DNA of 63,441 bases, filler included, from Neolecta irregularis DAH-3 (Eukaryota): the NCBI GenBank assembly GCA_001929475.1. It is 10 parts of 10 records of this genome, joined end to end, with 100 filler letters (N's around TTAATTAATTAA, not from the genome) between each part and the next. Parts side by side here need not be neighbours in the genome. Positions count along the whole stretch, not along the records: positions 13,203 to 21,247 come from LXFE01000944.1; positions 21,348 to 28,105 come from LXFE01000945.1; 8 more parts are not named here. One strand, written 5' to 3'. The notes below the pieces were generated by a model. It did no database searches. It was given only the letters and a program-made list of their open reading frames with translations, and had not been told where the DNA came from. Position numbers and translations under genes: made by a program. This document shows positions 13,593 through 25,772 of this stretch, piece by piece; positions within the stretch are counted from its first letter, which is position 1, and each line of letters opens with the position of its first letter.

Positions 13593-13663
13593 CTATTCAG
13601 TCTCAAATCCCATCCTTTGATAATCTCCCTCCAATGCCTATAATTAGTATCGCCCTCTCCTCC
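13593..13663 (-). CDS. Last exon (ALEGDYQRMGFETE*) and intron end of an M16-type zinc metalloprotease gene, cut by the 10-N gap
   Basis: Identical to 20100-20165 apart from one base, and homologous to the terminal exon ILEKDYRELGFE at about 21155-21229. Confidence 0.6.
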
Positions 13664-13698
13664 NNNNNNNNNNACTCCATTGATACGAATCTCATACC

Positions 13699-14211
13699 AT
13701 GACCTCTGACCACCCTAACCAAGACCCGCAAAATCTACCTCGAGATATCCGTCTAACTTCTCTAATACTCACATCACTGGGCGTGCAATCTCATCAACAA
13801 AAAGTCCCCTTGATGCTTCTCGATTTTGCATATCGTGCTTTCTTCTACCTGACCGTCTGACACAAAGGCTATACACAACAAATCCTTCAAGACGCTCAAC
13901 TTTACTCAGATCATGCCAAATCCCCGTCGATAACCGTCGAAGATCTTCGACTGGCAGTTGTTGCAAAGGCAAACACATCCTTTAGAAGTCCGCCTCCGAA
14001 AGAATTTATGCTCGAATTAGCAGCGGAGAAGAATAGGAAACCGTTGCCTCCTATTGGAGAATCATTTGGATTGAGATTACCGCCACAAAAGTACTGTTTG
14101 ACGGCCCCCGTGTGGGACGACGCGCCGCCTCCTTTAAATGAGGTTTGTCCAAAACATTTTGATTTTATTGATTTGTTCTAGGAAGAAGATTCACAGATGG
14201 ATGAGGTTTGA
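13699..14211 (+). CDS. TAF9: TFIID/SAGA subunit Taf9 (3 exons; absent from the ORF track)
   Basis: Manual splice gives LPRDIRLTSLILTSLGV...VPLMLLDFAY|RYTQQILQDAQLYSDHA...PPPKEFMLELAAEKNRKPLP...GLRLPPQKYCLTAP. Confidence 0.93.
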
Positions 14212-14286
14212 GATCGTTGTGCATATGTACGAGATATAATATTAACGATGAAAGTACAAGGGAAATGAAAATAAAAGAGTTTATCC

Positions 14287-15670
14287 TTATAATATCTTGA
14301 GAACTCCCCGGTGTCCTTGTTTTCTTTCCCCGGTATACCACTCTTCGTTCCATTTCCGTTCTACTTCTTTCCGCTGTTCGATAGCCAGACGACACTTGTT
14401 ATCGCAGCCCTCGTAGATGCTTTCGGGAATGTCCAGGATCCCGGGACCGGTGAGTGTAAAGGTTCGTTGATGAGATAGAGTATTTACGTGTAGAAATGAG
14501 GCTTCGGAGGGGTCGTTGGGTGATTCGTATTTCCATTGAGCAGCAGTAGGTTGAGTCGATGCCGGAAAGAAAGTAATATGTGTGTGAGGTTCGTAACTTC
14601 CCGTTGCAAACCGTTCCAACCTTCCGAGTCGAATATCACTGTTATACCGACTAACAGTCAACATAGAGACTCCTCCAAAGGAACTACCTTGCTGCCCGAG
14701 CATGTTCGAGAAGCCAGTTCTGGTCAGTAACAACCACACGTCGTTTTTTCTGAAAGGAAACTTGTTGAACTGGGTTTTGATGGTATACCTGACTTGCACC
14801 GTGCCAAGCAACATATTGATTCCGATTGTATTGCATACCGGGAGGAGGAAGTTTATCGTCTGGGTCGGCAAGCTCGCCTTCGACAACTCCTTGTTTTCTA
14901 AGTACTGATTCCCAATAATCGTCGACAATTTTCTTTCCTGCAACGATGATTTTGGCGCCAAAGGCGCGAAACACGGACCGAGCTGTGACGACCCCGATTA
15001 CTCTCCCTTTGTAGCTGTGAGGGAGGATATCCCTGGCGATAAGGTCTCGTTTCTCTTCGTCGTCGATAATGACTTTATAAAGACTTTTATGTTTCAAGAA
15101 GAACAAGTATGAATCGCGATAACCGACCGCTCTGGCGGGTTCTGTGGAAAGCATGTAAAGACGGCTTCCCTTGCCGAGGATGGTAAAAGTTCTGCAGCGG
15201 TATTCCCGACCCCCGTTAAGGTGTCCTTGCTTGTTGACTTTTTGTTCGCCCGCGGGATCTTCTTCCGCGACGTAGATCTCGTCGTCGATGACGGTTTGCT
15301 CGTTGCCCAAGTCATCCAGGGGCACAATTGCAAAAGGGTTTGGGCCGCCTCGAGGTCTTCCGGGCGGGCGCCCTCGTTTTGTCCGTCGGTATGGGATAGT
15401 TTCGTCGTCGTCGGCATTATTCGGCGATGCTGTAGCGGGTGTGTCTTTTGGCCTGCGACCGCGTTTTCGCTGGGCGGATTTTACCAGGTCGTCGTCGTCG
15501 TCGGAATCGTCGTTGGAGTCCTGGTTGTTGGTGTTGTTGGTGTTGGCTCCGGAGTAGTCTGCCGGGGTCTGCACGAGCATAGTCGCGTCTGGCTCGCACT
15601 CTTCGTGGGCTGGAGGAGCGGGTTAGCGCATAAGAAGATGAAGAAAGGCAGGCATACGCGTCGATACCAT
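14287..15670 (-). CDS. RSC7: Chromatin remodelling subunit of the Rsc7/Swp82 (Npl6) family
   Basis: GGREYRCRTFT...LYMLSTEPARAVGYRDSYLFFLKH, VVTARSVFRAFGAKIIVAGKKIVDDYW, YEPHTH, and AT-hook-like KRGRPP/GRPRG. Confidence 0.9.
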
Positions 15671-16280
15671 TGTGCGGCGGTATTTAGTGCTATTCTGGCG
15701 GTGTTTTGGTTGAAGACCGGCTGCTAAAATCAGTTCTCGAGGAATCGCAATCTCAAAGCGGCCGTGGTGGTTTGGACGATACCAAGATTTGGCCAACTCT
15801 GTCTTTTCACCCAACCTCGCTCCTTGTTTTTGTCTGTTGCTGTTATCTCGTGGCCTATGAATTTGTTTGAATGGCATCAGAATCGGCGGTTGCAGGGCAA
15901 TGAGGGCAAATTCAGGTTATCAAAGATATAGCCAGCAATAGTGTGTCATACTCATAGTAAATCCTCCATTTGTAGCCAAGTAAATGTCATCCGCGACGAG
16001 ATCTATATTAAATCCTGCTGAGCTTTCTTGTCTATAATCTGCTCGGACCAATCCCGCTTCCGAGAGAATATTTCGCTAAAGACTCTGGTTTCTAATAGCG
16101 GCATACGACAGATACATTCGGTCTCGAAAGAGATATACATTTATTTCTCACGATAGCCTACCAGACAATGCCAATACACACTATACAAAAGAATGTTGTT
16201 AGCTATCTGCATTCCACTCCAATTTCGGCCAAAATATTTTTCGCTTTGTTTCCCCACCACCACAAAAATATCCATCCAAT

Positions 16281-17143
16281 ATGGCAAAAGGTACCGCCAA
16301 CACATCCATAAAAGTAGTCTCATCCAGATAGCATTCAGTAAATCACTCGGCTCGTCAATCCGTACAGCCCATCGCGAACGGTCTCAACCTCATGCCCGTA
16401 GAAAATGGGGCCTCCTCGAGAAACCTAAAGACTACCGTCTGCGAGCACGCGATTATCACCGCAAACAAGACCGTCTGAAAGCCCTGCGGAAACAGGCGGA
16501 AAATCGGAATCCAGATGAATTTTACTTTGGCATGATGAGTGAGAAGACAAGGAATGGAGTTGTTGTGAAACAGCGCAGTAGCGAAACAGTATTGACTGCT
16601 GAGAGTATGAAGTTGTTACGCACACAGGATGCAGGATATTTGAGGACTATGAGAGCCATCGAAGCAAAGGTATGCGTTGTTACCTCCGTTGGTTTACCCG
16701 TAGAAACTGGAACGGATGAAGAGGGACCTGCATTTTGAAGAAGAGGACGCGACGAATTCAGGGAGACGGCATGTGATATTTGTGGATTCTGAGGAACAGG
16801 GTATTCTCATCCTGGCGAACTGCATGATTAATAACTAGTCAAATCATTTGACCCAGTAGAGTTTTTCCAAACGGACGAACAATCTTTAAATAGAACCTTT
16901 AATCGTCCCCGGAAACCCCAATTATCCCACCCATCATTCAAACAAATCGCCAAAATACCCCTCGAAAAGCGAGAAAAAGTCAAAAAGGCACAAAAGCGAG
17001 CTATTGAAGCCCGTAGCGTGCGAGAAAAAGAATTAAGAAAAGTTGAAACTGAAATGGAATTACAGCGAAACTTGCTGGGAAAGGGACAACGAAGGAAATT
17101 GGCTAGCGGACAGTATAAATGGAAAGCTGAGCGTAAAAGATGA
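16281..17143 (+). CDS. UTP11: U3 snoRNA-associated protein Utp11
   Basis: [41 protein letters not shown]-terminus YKWKAERKR*. Confidence 0.95.
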
Positions 17144-19501
17144 GATTGGCATATCGTATTCTGGGAGAATACCGGTTCATGCGGAATAGAAATATTTACT
17201 TGAGAAATATCTTTATACCGATCTCGATTGACTTTATCAGAAATGAGATTTGGTCAACATGAAGAATTATGAGATTAGGTCGTTTGATATTGAAGTTGAC
17301 AAGAATAAGAAAACTTTGAGGCAGGACGTATTTGATCAAGTTGGTCAATGAATTGCAACTATCATCAGTTGAATCTGATATGCAGTTTTCAAATCAGACA
17401 AATTTTGTATTCAATCCCAGAAAATTATGATCTGTCTCAAACACTTCACAGGCAACCTAACTCGCAACTAACCACTCACTTAGAATTATATAAGTGCAAT
17501 ACCAAATTCACTAATAACCAAAATTGTTAATATAAAATGATTTCTATCTGGCCATTTCTTTCGTTGGTGAAGTATGTTGCACATACTCACAAAGTTGACG
17601 TCGATTCATGGTGATCATTGTGTCACGTGATCAGAGACAAATTTTGCGGGCATAACGTAGCAAATTGCAATCAATTCACAGTTGAACAACCAGTGAACGT
17701 ATTCAAATGAAACAAGCACTATTGGGATCAGATTTTAAAGGTAAAACCAATGGTCTGCCAACAAATTCAATATAAGAAAGTCAAAGGGGACCTTTGAGGA
17801 AGCATCACATGGAAGCGCGGTATTCAAAACACATCACATGAAACCGTAATTACCACGGGCAGCTCAAAGTGGCGATTGGAAAGATTGATGAATGGGATTA
17901 TTAGGGCGGGTGTCAAAGATATGCAACCTGGAATTCTAGCCCAACACCGTGACCTAGGCCGTATTTGTAAATTTTTGAGAGATTGTAGCATAGATTGGAA
18001 AAGAACAAACGGGAACCTTGGATTCTTGGCTTGAACGGACAGATTGTATTCGCACCTGATACAAGGAACAGGTACAGTATTCCTTATTGAATCAAAATTG
18101 CCACATGACTTCGGGCGGTAAGAAAAATACCACAGAAGAAATCAAATGAAACCCCTTTGTAGAGATTCTTTGGGTAATCGAAATGAATTCATACTTTGCT
18201 GCTGAGGGACATTGAGGGTAGCAGAGAGTAAGATTGACGGGAGATTACGATACTTATCGAACAGCTCAGTTGATCAATCATGAACGTAAAAAGTAATATA
18301 AAAGTTTCAAGAAGACCAAGGATGCATACAACCAAAATAGATCCAATTCCATCTCAACTTGTTGCTCGCAAGACGCATTCAAAGAGAATCCTCAAGAAGA
18401 CAAAAAGATAATTTTGTTCACAACCTCAGTTATGATTGCAAAGAGCGTTGTGAAGTGGGTTAGAGCTACTAGGGACGCATCTTCGAGGCTGAATGTTCGA
18501 ACCGACTGGAAACCCTAGAACTCAGACAAGGATTGTGAGAGGAAACATACCCAATGAGAAAGCGAAGAACAACGACAGGATGATCGCAAAAGCTGTGGAA
18601 CTTGGCATAATTGTTGGATAATGAAAATTTGAATGAGTAGAAGTCAATGGCAGGACTGTTTATCTTATATAGTATTTTCTGTGTACTGATGTGAGTTTTG
18701 CTCAACTTGTTTTAGATGCATGAATAGATTAGCTTGGTATTATAAGCGTCTGGAATGCATTAGTGTGAGAGGAGAATAATTATCATCGTCTAAAATTGAG
18801 GTCTAAGGTTAATCGATGAATCATTCTATTTGAAGGTGGTAGACTTTCAAAGGGCATCAGGGGTCTAGCTCAATTTTAGGGGACTATACTGGTCCACATA
18901 AAACGCTAATGATACAGGTCACACTTGACATGCAGATCCAGCTGAGCAGGCAATTCAACAGAGCCACCCTTCGATTTCAAATGGATCATTATCACAAAGA
19001 TTGTAAAGAGTGTGTGCAGGAATTGAGTAGTGCCTCCCGAGTATGCATAATGTCTACAACATCATTCAACATGTTTCATGAATCCCTTCTTCCTAGATGA
19101 TCTAAGAGAGGAATGGAACGATTGCCACATTGCACTAGAAATTACATGAGACGAATAAAGGATGTAGTGGTGAATTGCAGAGGGACGGTTTAGTGCTATT
19201 TAATTGTGGAGCTCGCGTTTGCAAGGTCTGAAGCTGTAGGCAATGCGATTAGAAGTACGATAAGACCAAGAGTTACAACTAGCCTAAGTAGTCGTTCTTC
19301 CATGAAGGGAACATACCTAGCCTAAGTAGACGTACTTGGCGAAGTATTTCCCCATTCCCGGCACTATATACTATTTACAACAAGCTTCATCAACCACCAT
19401 ACCATTTCCGTCTTTGGTATGGATAAAGTGCTGCTGCTGCTCGTGTCGCTGCCGATGCTGCTCGAGTGCATTCCGTATGGGAGATGTAGCGCGATATCCC
19501 C

Positions 19502-20030
19502 ATGATCACCGCCAACCCGTACAAAAAGAAAAAGAAGCAGCGCGACCCCTTCCACCTGCTCCACGCAGCAGTTCTTTCAGAGCCTGACACTGCCGCTGCC
19601 GCTGCCCGGCCTCGATCCAAGCGCGCATCCTCCCCCGCCGCCGTCCAGCGCCGCCATCTCGACTTCCTCGCCCGCCAGGCTGACAGAGACGCCAGAGGCA
19701 TCCGCGCCCACAAGACCGCCCCAGACTCGCCCCCAGACATCCTCACCAACGTCCAGGGCTCCTCCGCCGGCGCCGGCAGCGGCGAGTTCCACGTCTACAA
19801 GCAGGCGCGAGCTCGAGCGCACAAAGGCCATGCTCGACGCCCACCAGCACGACAAGGACTCGTCAGCCTGGCTGCACACTGCTCGCGAAAAGAGGCTCGC
19901 AGACTCCCTCAAGACTGCAAAGAACCGCGCAAAGAGACTAAAGGCAAAGGAGCGCAAAAATAGGCAGCAGGATGTGAGTGTGATTGTGATGAATGTGAAG
20001 AATGATATGAATCAGGAGAATGATGAATGA
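19502..20030 (+). pseudogene. Second PRKRIP1/DUF1168 copy with an 8-nt frameshifting deletion
   Basis: Near-identical to 13203-13450, but lacks TCCCGCAG (13269-13276) after 19804. Confidence 0.75.
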
Positions 20031-20099
20031 TATGAATGATGAATGATGAATGATGAATCAGAATCAGAATCAGTATTCTAATCATCACTATCACTTTCA

Positions 20100-20454
20100 C
20101 AGTCTCAAATCCCATCCTTTGATAATCACCCTCCAATGCCTATAATTAGTATCGCCCTCTCCTCCCATACCTGGCATTTCCCCCTCCCGCTTACAACCAC
20201 CGCCTGCGACGTCTCGATGTCAAATACTCCCTTGACATACCTCTCAAGCATCACCCCCATCTCCTCCAGTCGGACATCCTGCCGTAAGCACTGCTCTTAG
20301 TGTTACCACAAAACATACAAATCCTCTGAATCCCACACAAGCCCGAAAGAATTTCGCTTGGATTCTGTTCAAATACTTGTTCCATCTCGTGAAGAAATTT
20401 CTCCTGGGTAAGGAAATTCGAAGCCTTGGCCGTCGCCCGTCGATTTATTTTCAT
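20100..20454 (-). pseudogene. Internally deleted fragment of an M16-family zinc metalloprotease (Sdd3/YOL098C-like)
   Basis: ASNFLTQEKFLHEMEQVFEQNPSEIL is joined by an intron directly to the C-terminal exons DVRLEEMGVMLERYVKGVFDIETSQAVVVSGRGKCQ|ALEGDYQRMGFET. Confidence 0.6.
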
Positions 20455-20469
20455 CCAAGATTAAATCGT

Positions 20470-21229
20470 AATATAGCGCCCAGCTCATTCCACTTCCATC
20501 TCGTCGTTGAGCAGGGATATTATCAGGACTACAACGACCCTGATCTTGCGCCGCTGCAGGTTTTGATTGAATATCTCAGTCTTCTCGAAGGGGAATTCTG
20601 GAAGAAAATTCGAGGAGCTGGGTTGGCTTATGGGGCCTCACTTGGCCTCTGACTGGAAGAAGGTATTGTTGAATTTTCAGTGTATCGCAGTCCGAACAGT
20701 GCGTTGGCGTTGTCCAAGGCACGGGAAATTGTGCATGATTTCAAGAGTAGGAGAAAGGAGTTTGAGCAACTGGCGCTGGATAGCGCAAAGAGTTCTTTAG
20801 TTTATTCTACTGTACCGAGTGGATATGGAACCTACTGACGGTAGGTTTCTGTGGAGAGCAGTTTGTTGAAGCGGTATTTGTTGCGGAGGATGTATTTGAC
20901 TGTAGGTTAGGTCTTGGTTTCTGACGCAGATGTTGCAAAAGCGGCCCGCGGGGTACCGAAGGGATTTCCTGGACAAGATCTGCTTTTGTTGTTTCTTGTT
21001 TGATTCTAATAGTAGAATGTGACTATTGACGAGCTGAAGAAGATGTTGGACAAGTATATTAGCCAGATTTTTGAGGGGGAGACATCGCGGGTGGCAGTAG
21101 TTTGTAGTGGTGGGAAATCAGAGGTACGTTGATCAAGAGCTGTAGTGATTTTAGATTTTGGAAAAGGATTATCGAGAGCTTGGGTTTGAGGTGAAAGTTG
21201 AGAGTCTAGAGTCATTTTACGCGATATAA
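20470..21229 (+). pseudogene. C-terminal fragment of a second M16-family metalloprotease paralogue, with an in-frame TGA
   Basis: DLAPLQVLIEYLSLLEGEFWKKIRGAGLAYGA, TGA at 20650-20652, then VEFSVYRSPN...LDSAKSSLVY. No 5' part is present. Confidence 0.75.
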
Positions 21230-21347
21230 ATAATATGACGATATTAANNNNNNNNNNNNNNNNNNNNNNNNNNNNNNNNNNNNNNNNNNNNTTAATTAAT
21301 TAANNNNNNNNNNNNNNNNNNNNNNNNNNNNNNNNNNNNNNNNNNNN

Positions 21348-21558
21348 GATTACCAGTATAACGCATTATTTGTTTTTAGATGACCCTCGAACGCAACGAG
21401 TGATGTTGGAACCGCGAGCAGATAATCTCAAGATCCATCGGTATTTGCAACAGTATGGCTATGCAAAGGAAAAGGAATTTGATTTTCCGCATAAAAGAGC
21501 TGCTTTAATGACTATTTCGAGAGAGGCTTTCTTTGAGGGAGCTGGTCCAGCAAATTAA
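21348..21558 (+). CDS. C-terminus of a siderophore-biosynthesis N-acyltransferase (SidF/SidL/IucB-like GNAT); 5' end in gap
   Basis: HYLFLDDPRTQRVMLEPRADN...KEFDFPHKRAALM. Confidence 0.85.
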
Positions 21559-21651
21559 ATATCGTTGTATCGTAATAAGATATTGAAAGCGCCTAAAATG
21601 GTGATTGTACATATATTACCTGATGCCTTGAATGAGGCTTGCCAAAATCCC

Positions 21652-22483
21652 CTACTTGGCTCGTCGTTTCTTTGCCTTTTTCTCGTTCTCAATCTTGGTA
21701 TATTTGGCTTCTAACCCATTTATCATCTCTTCCATTCGATTTGCCTGTCTCTTTTTGATAAGTTGCATCAAATCTCCCTCTCCTTTAATATTATCCAGTT
21801 GTAATTCCTTTTTCATAGCTTCCGCCTCCTTCATTTCCTTCTTCGCCTTTTTCATTCGCTTCTCTCGAGTTTTGTCATGGGTGTATTTCTTATACTTTGG
21901 AATCTCACCATTCTCAATAGCCTCGTCGAGAATCTCCTTGAATCGATCCTGATCCTCAAGTTCGTTTGAGAGCATAATTGTATCGAATATCACCTCCCAA
22001 GAACCTTTTGAAGACTTGTACACTTCAATGAGATCGAATCGCTCGTCGGCAGATCCTGCTTGTTAATTAGGCTAATTCGTTTACATACCTTGATATTCCT
22101 TCTTAAATGCTTCTATGACCTCACCGTTAACGATCCCACTCCACATTTCGTCGAAATAAGATTTCCAGTCAAAGTCATCATTACTTTCAGATAGACTTCC
22201 GGTATCGTCATATCTCTTCCGTCGAGCATCATCACTCAACACTGCGTATGCGAGAGAAATGCCATGAAACTCTGCATGAGCAGCCTCCCTTTCCGATTCG
22301 GGGACTTTATCCGGCTTTACACGTGAGAAAATTCTCGAGGCAAGAGTATACATGGCGACCCAGGGCCAATTTGAGGTAAGCTTTCCTCATCTCTACCCGG
22401 GTTGCGGTCTTAGAGACATGCAGCACCTTGTAAGGGTCAATTTCCTTCAAAGGCTGCAAGATTTCCGGGAGGTCTTTTGTCAT
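21652..22483 (-). CDS. DnaJ-domain protein, DNAJC9-like
   Basis: DPYKVLHVSKTATRVEMRKAYLKLAL, AYAVLSDDARRKRYDDTG, FKKEYQGSADERFDL, EAEAMKKEL, LEAKY. Confidence 0.85.
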
Positions 22484-23085
22484 TGAAAATTTGAGGGATG
22501 TTTGGAGTTGAAAACGAATTGTTGTCACTGATCACATGCAAATTACGCGTGACTTTGGCGATTCCGAGATCCATCTCCTCCTACGCTTGGTTCTTCTCTT
22601 TGCAGAAGAAGTACAGAACGATGTTTGTGCCAGTCAAGGTACTGACAAGTAGTAACAAGCAAAATGACATTTTCTACTCTGTGAATATGTTCATAGACTG
22701 TCCCAGCTATTAATCATGACATCTATGTTTCTTTAACATGACTCTCGCTTCGTTTCTAGTGAGACCTCCCAGATAAGAGATCGGCGAGGGAAAAATAGAA
22801 GTAACTATCTGTAACGGTGATGTCCTTCTGGTGGAAGCCTGTATAGAGGTAAAGTGGGGAGCGGGTACTTGTGGGGACTATCAAGCCCCACCGCCCCCTC
22901 ACAACGGTACAGACAGGATCAGACTTGGAAGACTTTGGATCCATATGTGGAAAGTGTTCCATAGGGACTAGTCAGATGACCTGACGGTGGCCCGCGAGTG
23001 TGTTTCCCGAACGCACCCTCATTCTTAGGTTGTATACCTTGATCTGGATATGTGAATGATGAAGTGCTGTGGCGTAGATGGCCTA

Positions 23086-23166
23086 TACGTCATTGGCGTC
23101 ACGATGACCTAATCAATGAATCGCAGCATTTGCCGCCGGCAGTCCGCATCCCAAAAAGTATAAAGA
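23086..23166 (+). promoter_or_regulatory. CRE/ATF-like site (TACGTCAT = ATGACGTA) and TATA-like box (TATAAA) upstream of HSP12
   Basis: Motifs at 23086-23093 and about 23159-23164; the position fits a stress-gene promoter. Confidence 0.45.
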
Positions 23167-23201
23167 GGGCCTCTTCCCTCAAGGATCAGACATCAACTAC
23201 G

Positions 23202-23480
23202 ATGTCTGACACTGGAAGAAAAGATTTCTCGACTCAAGCCAAGGAAAAGGTATTACAGCTTCTGCAATATATCCTTGCTCATCATTCAGCTCACTCCTGA
23301 AGACCAGAAAACATACATGCAACAAGCAAAAGAAACCGTCACTGGTTTATCATTACTCTCTCTCTTGTTCTGACTCCCCTAGGTGTTGCTGATAAGGTTT
23401 CTGCTGTCTATCAAGGTGACAAAAATAAGTCAACTACCCAGAAAGGAGCAGATTCTCTTGGTGGAAGCGTCTCTAAATGA
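23202..23480 (+). CDS. HSP12: Small heat-shock protein Hsp12/Hsp9 (3 exons)
   Basis: MSDTGRKDFSTQAKEK|LTPEDQKTYMQQAKETVT|GVADKVSAVYQGDKNKSTTQK. Confidence 0.9.
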
Positions 23481-23734
23481 CGAAATGATAGAATTGCCTT
23501 GGTCATAAATTATCAGTTTATTTACTGACCAAAATACTTTGTTTCCCATATTTCCTGTGCATATCGTATCCCTGTCCTACCAGAACCCCGCAATCATAAT
23601 TCTCCTATTGGCATGAGATTTATGTCCAGTTTTCCCTATTGTTAAAACAATTACCTCGGCTAAATTATATCACGTGTTGAATCAACCCCGGACGAGCGAT
23701 TAAAAAGGTTCGTGCTTCCCAACCGTCATCTTCA

Positions 23735-25153
23735 ATGGTTTCTCGACTTTCTCAGATCGCCTCTCATCTCACTTCTTCATCGTCTTCGATAACCTCAAAA
23801 TCCCCTAATGATGTTGTCATAGTTAGTGCTTTGAGAACTGCTATCACCAAGGCCGGCAAAGGAGGGCTCAAAGATACGAATTCCGAAGATATGCTCGCTG
23901 GTGTACTCAAGGTAAATTTCTGTGGTGTATATGGATTTAAATTTAGGGTGTGCTTCAACAATCCGGAATCGATCCAAAACTTGTGGAAGATGTTTCTGTC
24001 GGTGCTGTTCTTCCCGTTGGCTCGGGGGCAACTGAGGCTCGAGCAGCAGTTTTGATGGCCGGTCTTCCAAATACTACCGCAGCAAACTCTATCAACCGTC
24101 AATGTTCAAGCGGTTTGATGGCATGTGTTCAGATTGCCAATGAAATTTCCAGTGGCATGATCGATGTGGGCATTGGTACAACCATCATTTTTGCATGTGA
24201 CGCTGATCCTCAGGTGCCGGTGTTGAAAGTATGTCGAAAAACTATGGACCAGGTGCCGTCGTTCAGCTTTCTGATGCCGCCGAAGCTGTTCCCGAAGCAA
24301 AAGATTGTCTTCTGCCAATGGGAATCACTAGCGAAAACGTTGCAAAGGTATAATCTGCTGAAACGATATATGCTTATTTTCGAGGAATTCAACATCTCAC
24401 GAGAAGTTCAAGATAAATTTGCCGCTGAAAGCTATCAACGTGCTGAGAAAGCCCAAAAAGACGGATTGTTTAAGGAAGAAATTTATCCACTTCGAGTCAA
24501 GTGGACAGATCCCAAGACTGAAGAAGAGAAAGAGATTGTTGTCGAACAAGATGATGGAATTCGATACGGCGTTACAGCTGAGAGTTTAAGCAAAATCAAA
24601 CCGGCCTTTAGTAAGACTGGAGTTACTCACGCTGGTAGGATTTCCTTCCGAGCTTGCTTATCACTATAGGTAACGCATCTCAAGTCTCAGATGGTGCAGC
24701 TGCTGTCTTGTTTATGCGTAGATCTGTGGCTGAAAAACATGGTCTGAAGATCATTGGGAAATATGTTGCTGCAAGTGTTGCCGGGGTACCACCGAAGGTT
24801 ATGGGGATTGGTCCGGCCTTTGCCATTCCAAAGGTTCTTGAAAAAGCTGGAATCACCAAAGATGATGTAGATATTTTCGAGATCAACGAAGCCTTTGCAA
24901 GCCAAGCCGTTTACAGCTGTCAGAAGCTTGGACTCGACATGAACAAAGTTAATCCGAAAGGTGAGTGATCACTTCATATCTGTTTTTAACATCAGGCGGT
25001 GCTATTGCTTTCGGGCATCCATTAGGATGCACTGGTGCTCGTCAGATCTCAACATTGCTCACTGAACTCAAGAGACAGAATAAGACAGTTGGATGTACGA
25101 GCATGTGTGTTGGTAGCGGTATGGGTATGGCTGCTATCTTTGTGCGAGAATAG
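23735..25153 (+). CDS. POT1: Peroxisomal 3-ketoacyl-CoA thiolase with PTS2 signal
   Basis: PTS2 RLSQIASHL; catalytic motifs INRQCSSGL, EINEAFA, GAIAFGHPLGCTG and CVGSGMG. Confidence 0.95.
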
Positions 25154-25308
25154 CGTGGATGCTGTTACGCTACCTTGCTACCATAGCATCGTTACAGTGG
25201 AAGATTAGCGAAATATTGTTCTTGTGAATTTCAAAAATAGCCATGTAATTGTCTGATTATCCAGTCATAGATCCAATCTGAAAAACTCTGTTGCGTTCAT
25301 TTAATTCA

Positions 25309-25446
25309 GTCGTTGAGCAAAGCAAATGATTCATCGTTGCTCAAACCCCAATCCTTCCACTTATCTGAACCAAAGGACCTACACCCGAGAACTATTCGAC
25401 TTACACGGAGACCAGATTTACCAAGTTTGTATTGCATGTTTTGCAT
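25309..25446 (-). pseudogene. Truncated, frameshifted duplicate of the AKR first exon
   Basis: Translates [34 protein letters not shown], similar to 26850-26970. Confidence 0.8.
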
Positions 25447-25772
25447 TTTGCCTTATAAATAAATGGCTTAATAAAACAGAATGACAATCGACCGGACTTA
25501 TCCTAAAGATTACCCTAGTCTCGGCAACATCGTTCAATAAAATTTGGAATTTCTAAAGCATGGGTGGAACCTACAACTGTTGAATACTGGTTTTGGAGAG
25601 CACCAGTCTGCAACAGAGAGATATAGCACAGTTGTCCTTGGGAGGTATTCTGTGGACAAAGCACAGGTGTTTCAACGTGATTTTATTTTTGAATTTTGAA
25701 ATTGTTTTGTATATAAATTCTGCAAGCGAATAATATAAATGCCACGATCGCGCTGTACGCATGGACCATTTG

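Noticed and set aside
20650-20652. TGA readthrough or alternative genetic code to explain in-frame stops
   Set aside because: Intact genes here use TGA as a normal stop. In-frame TGAs are confined to fragments and repeats, which fits CGA-to-TGA decay.
21348-21558. Siderophore biosynthetic gene cluster
   Set aside because: Only the acyltransferase 3' end is visible at a contig edge, with no NRPS or monooxygenase in the window.
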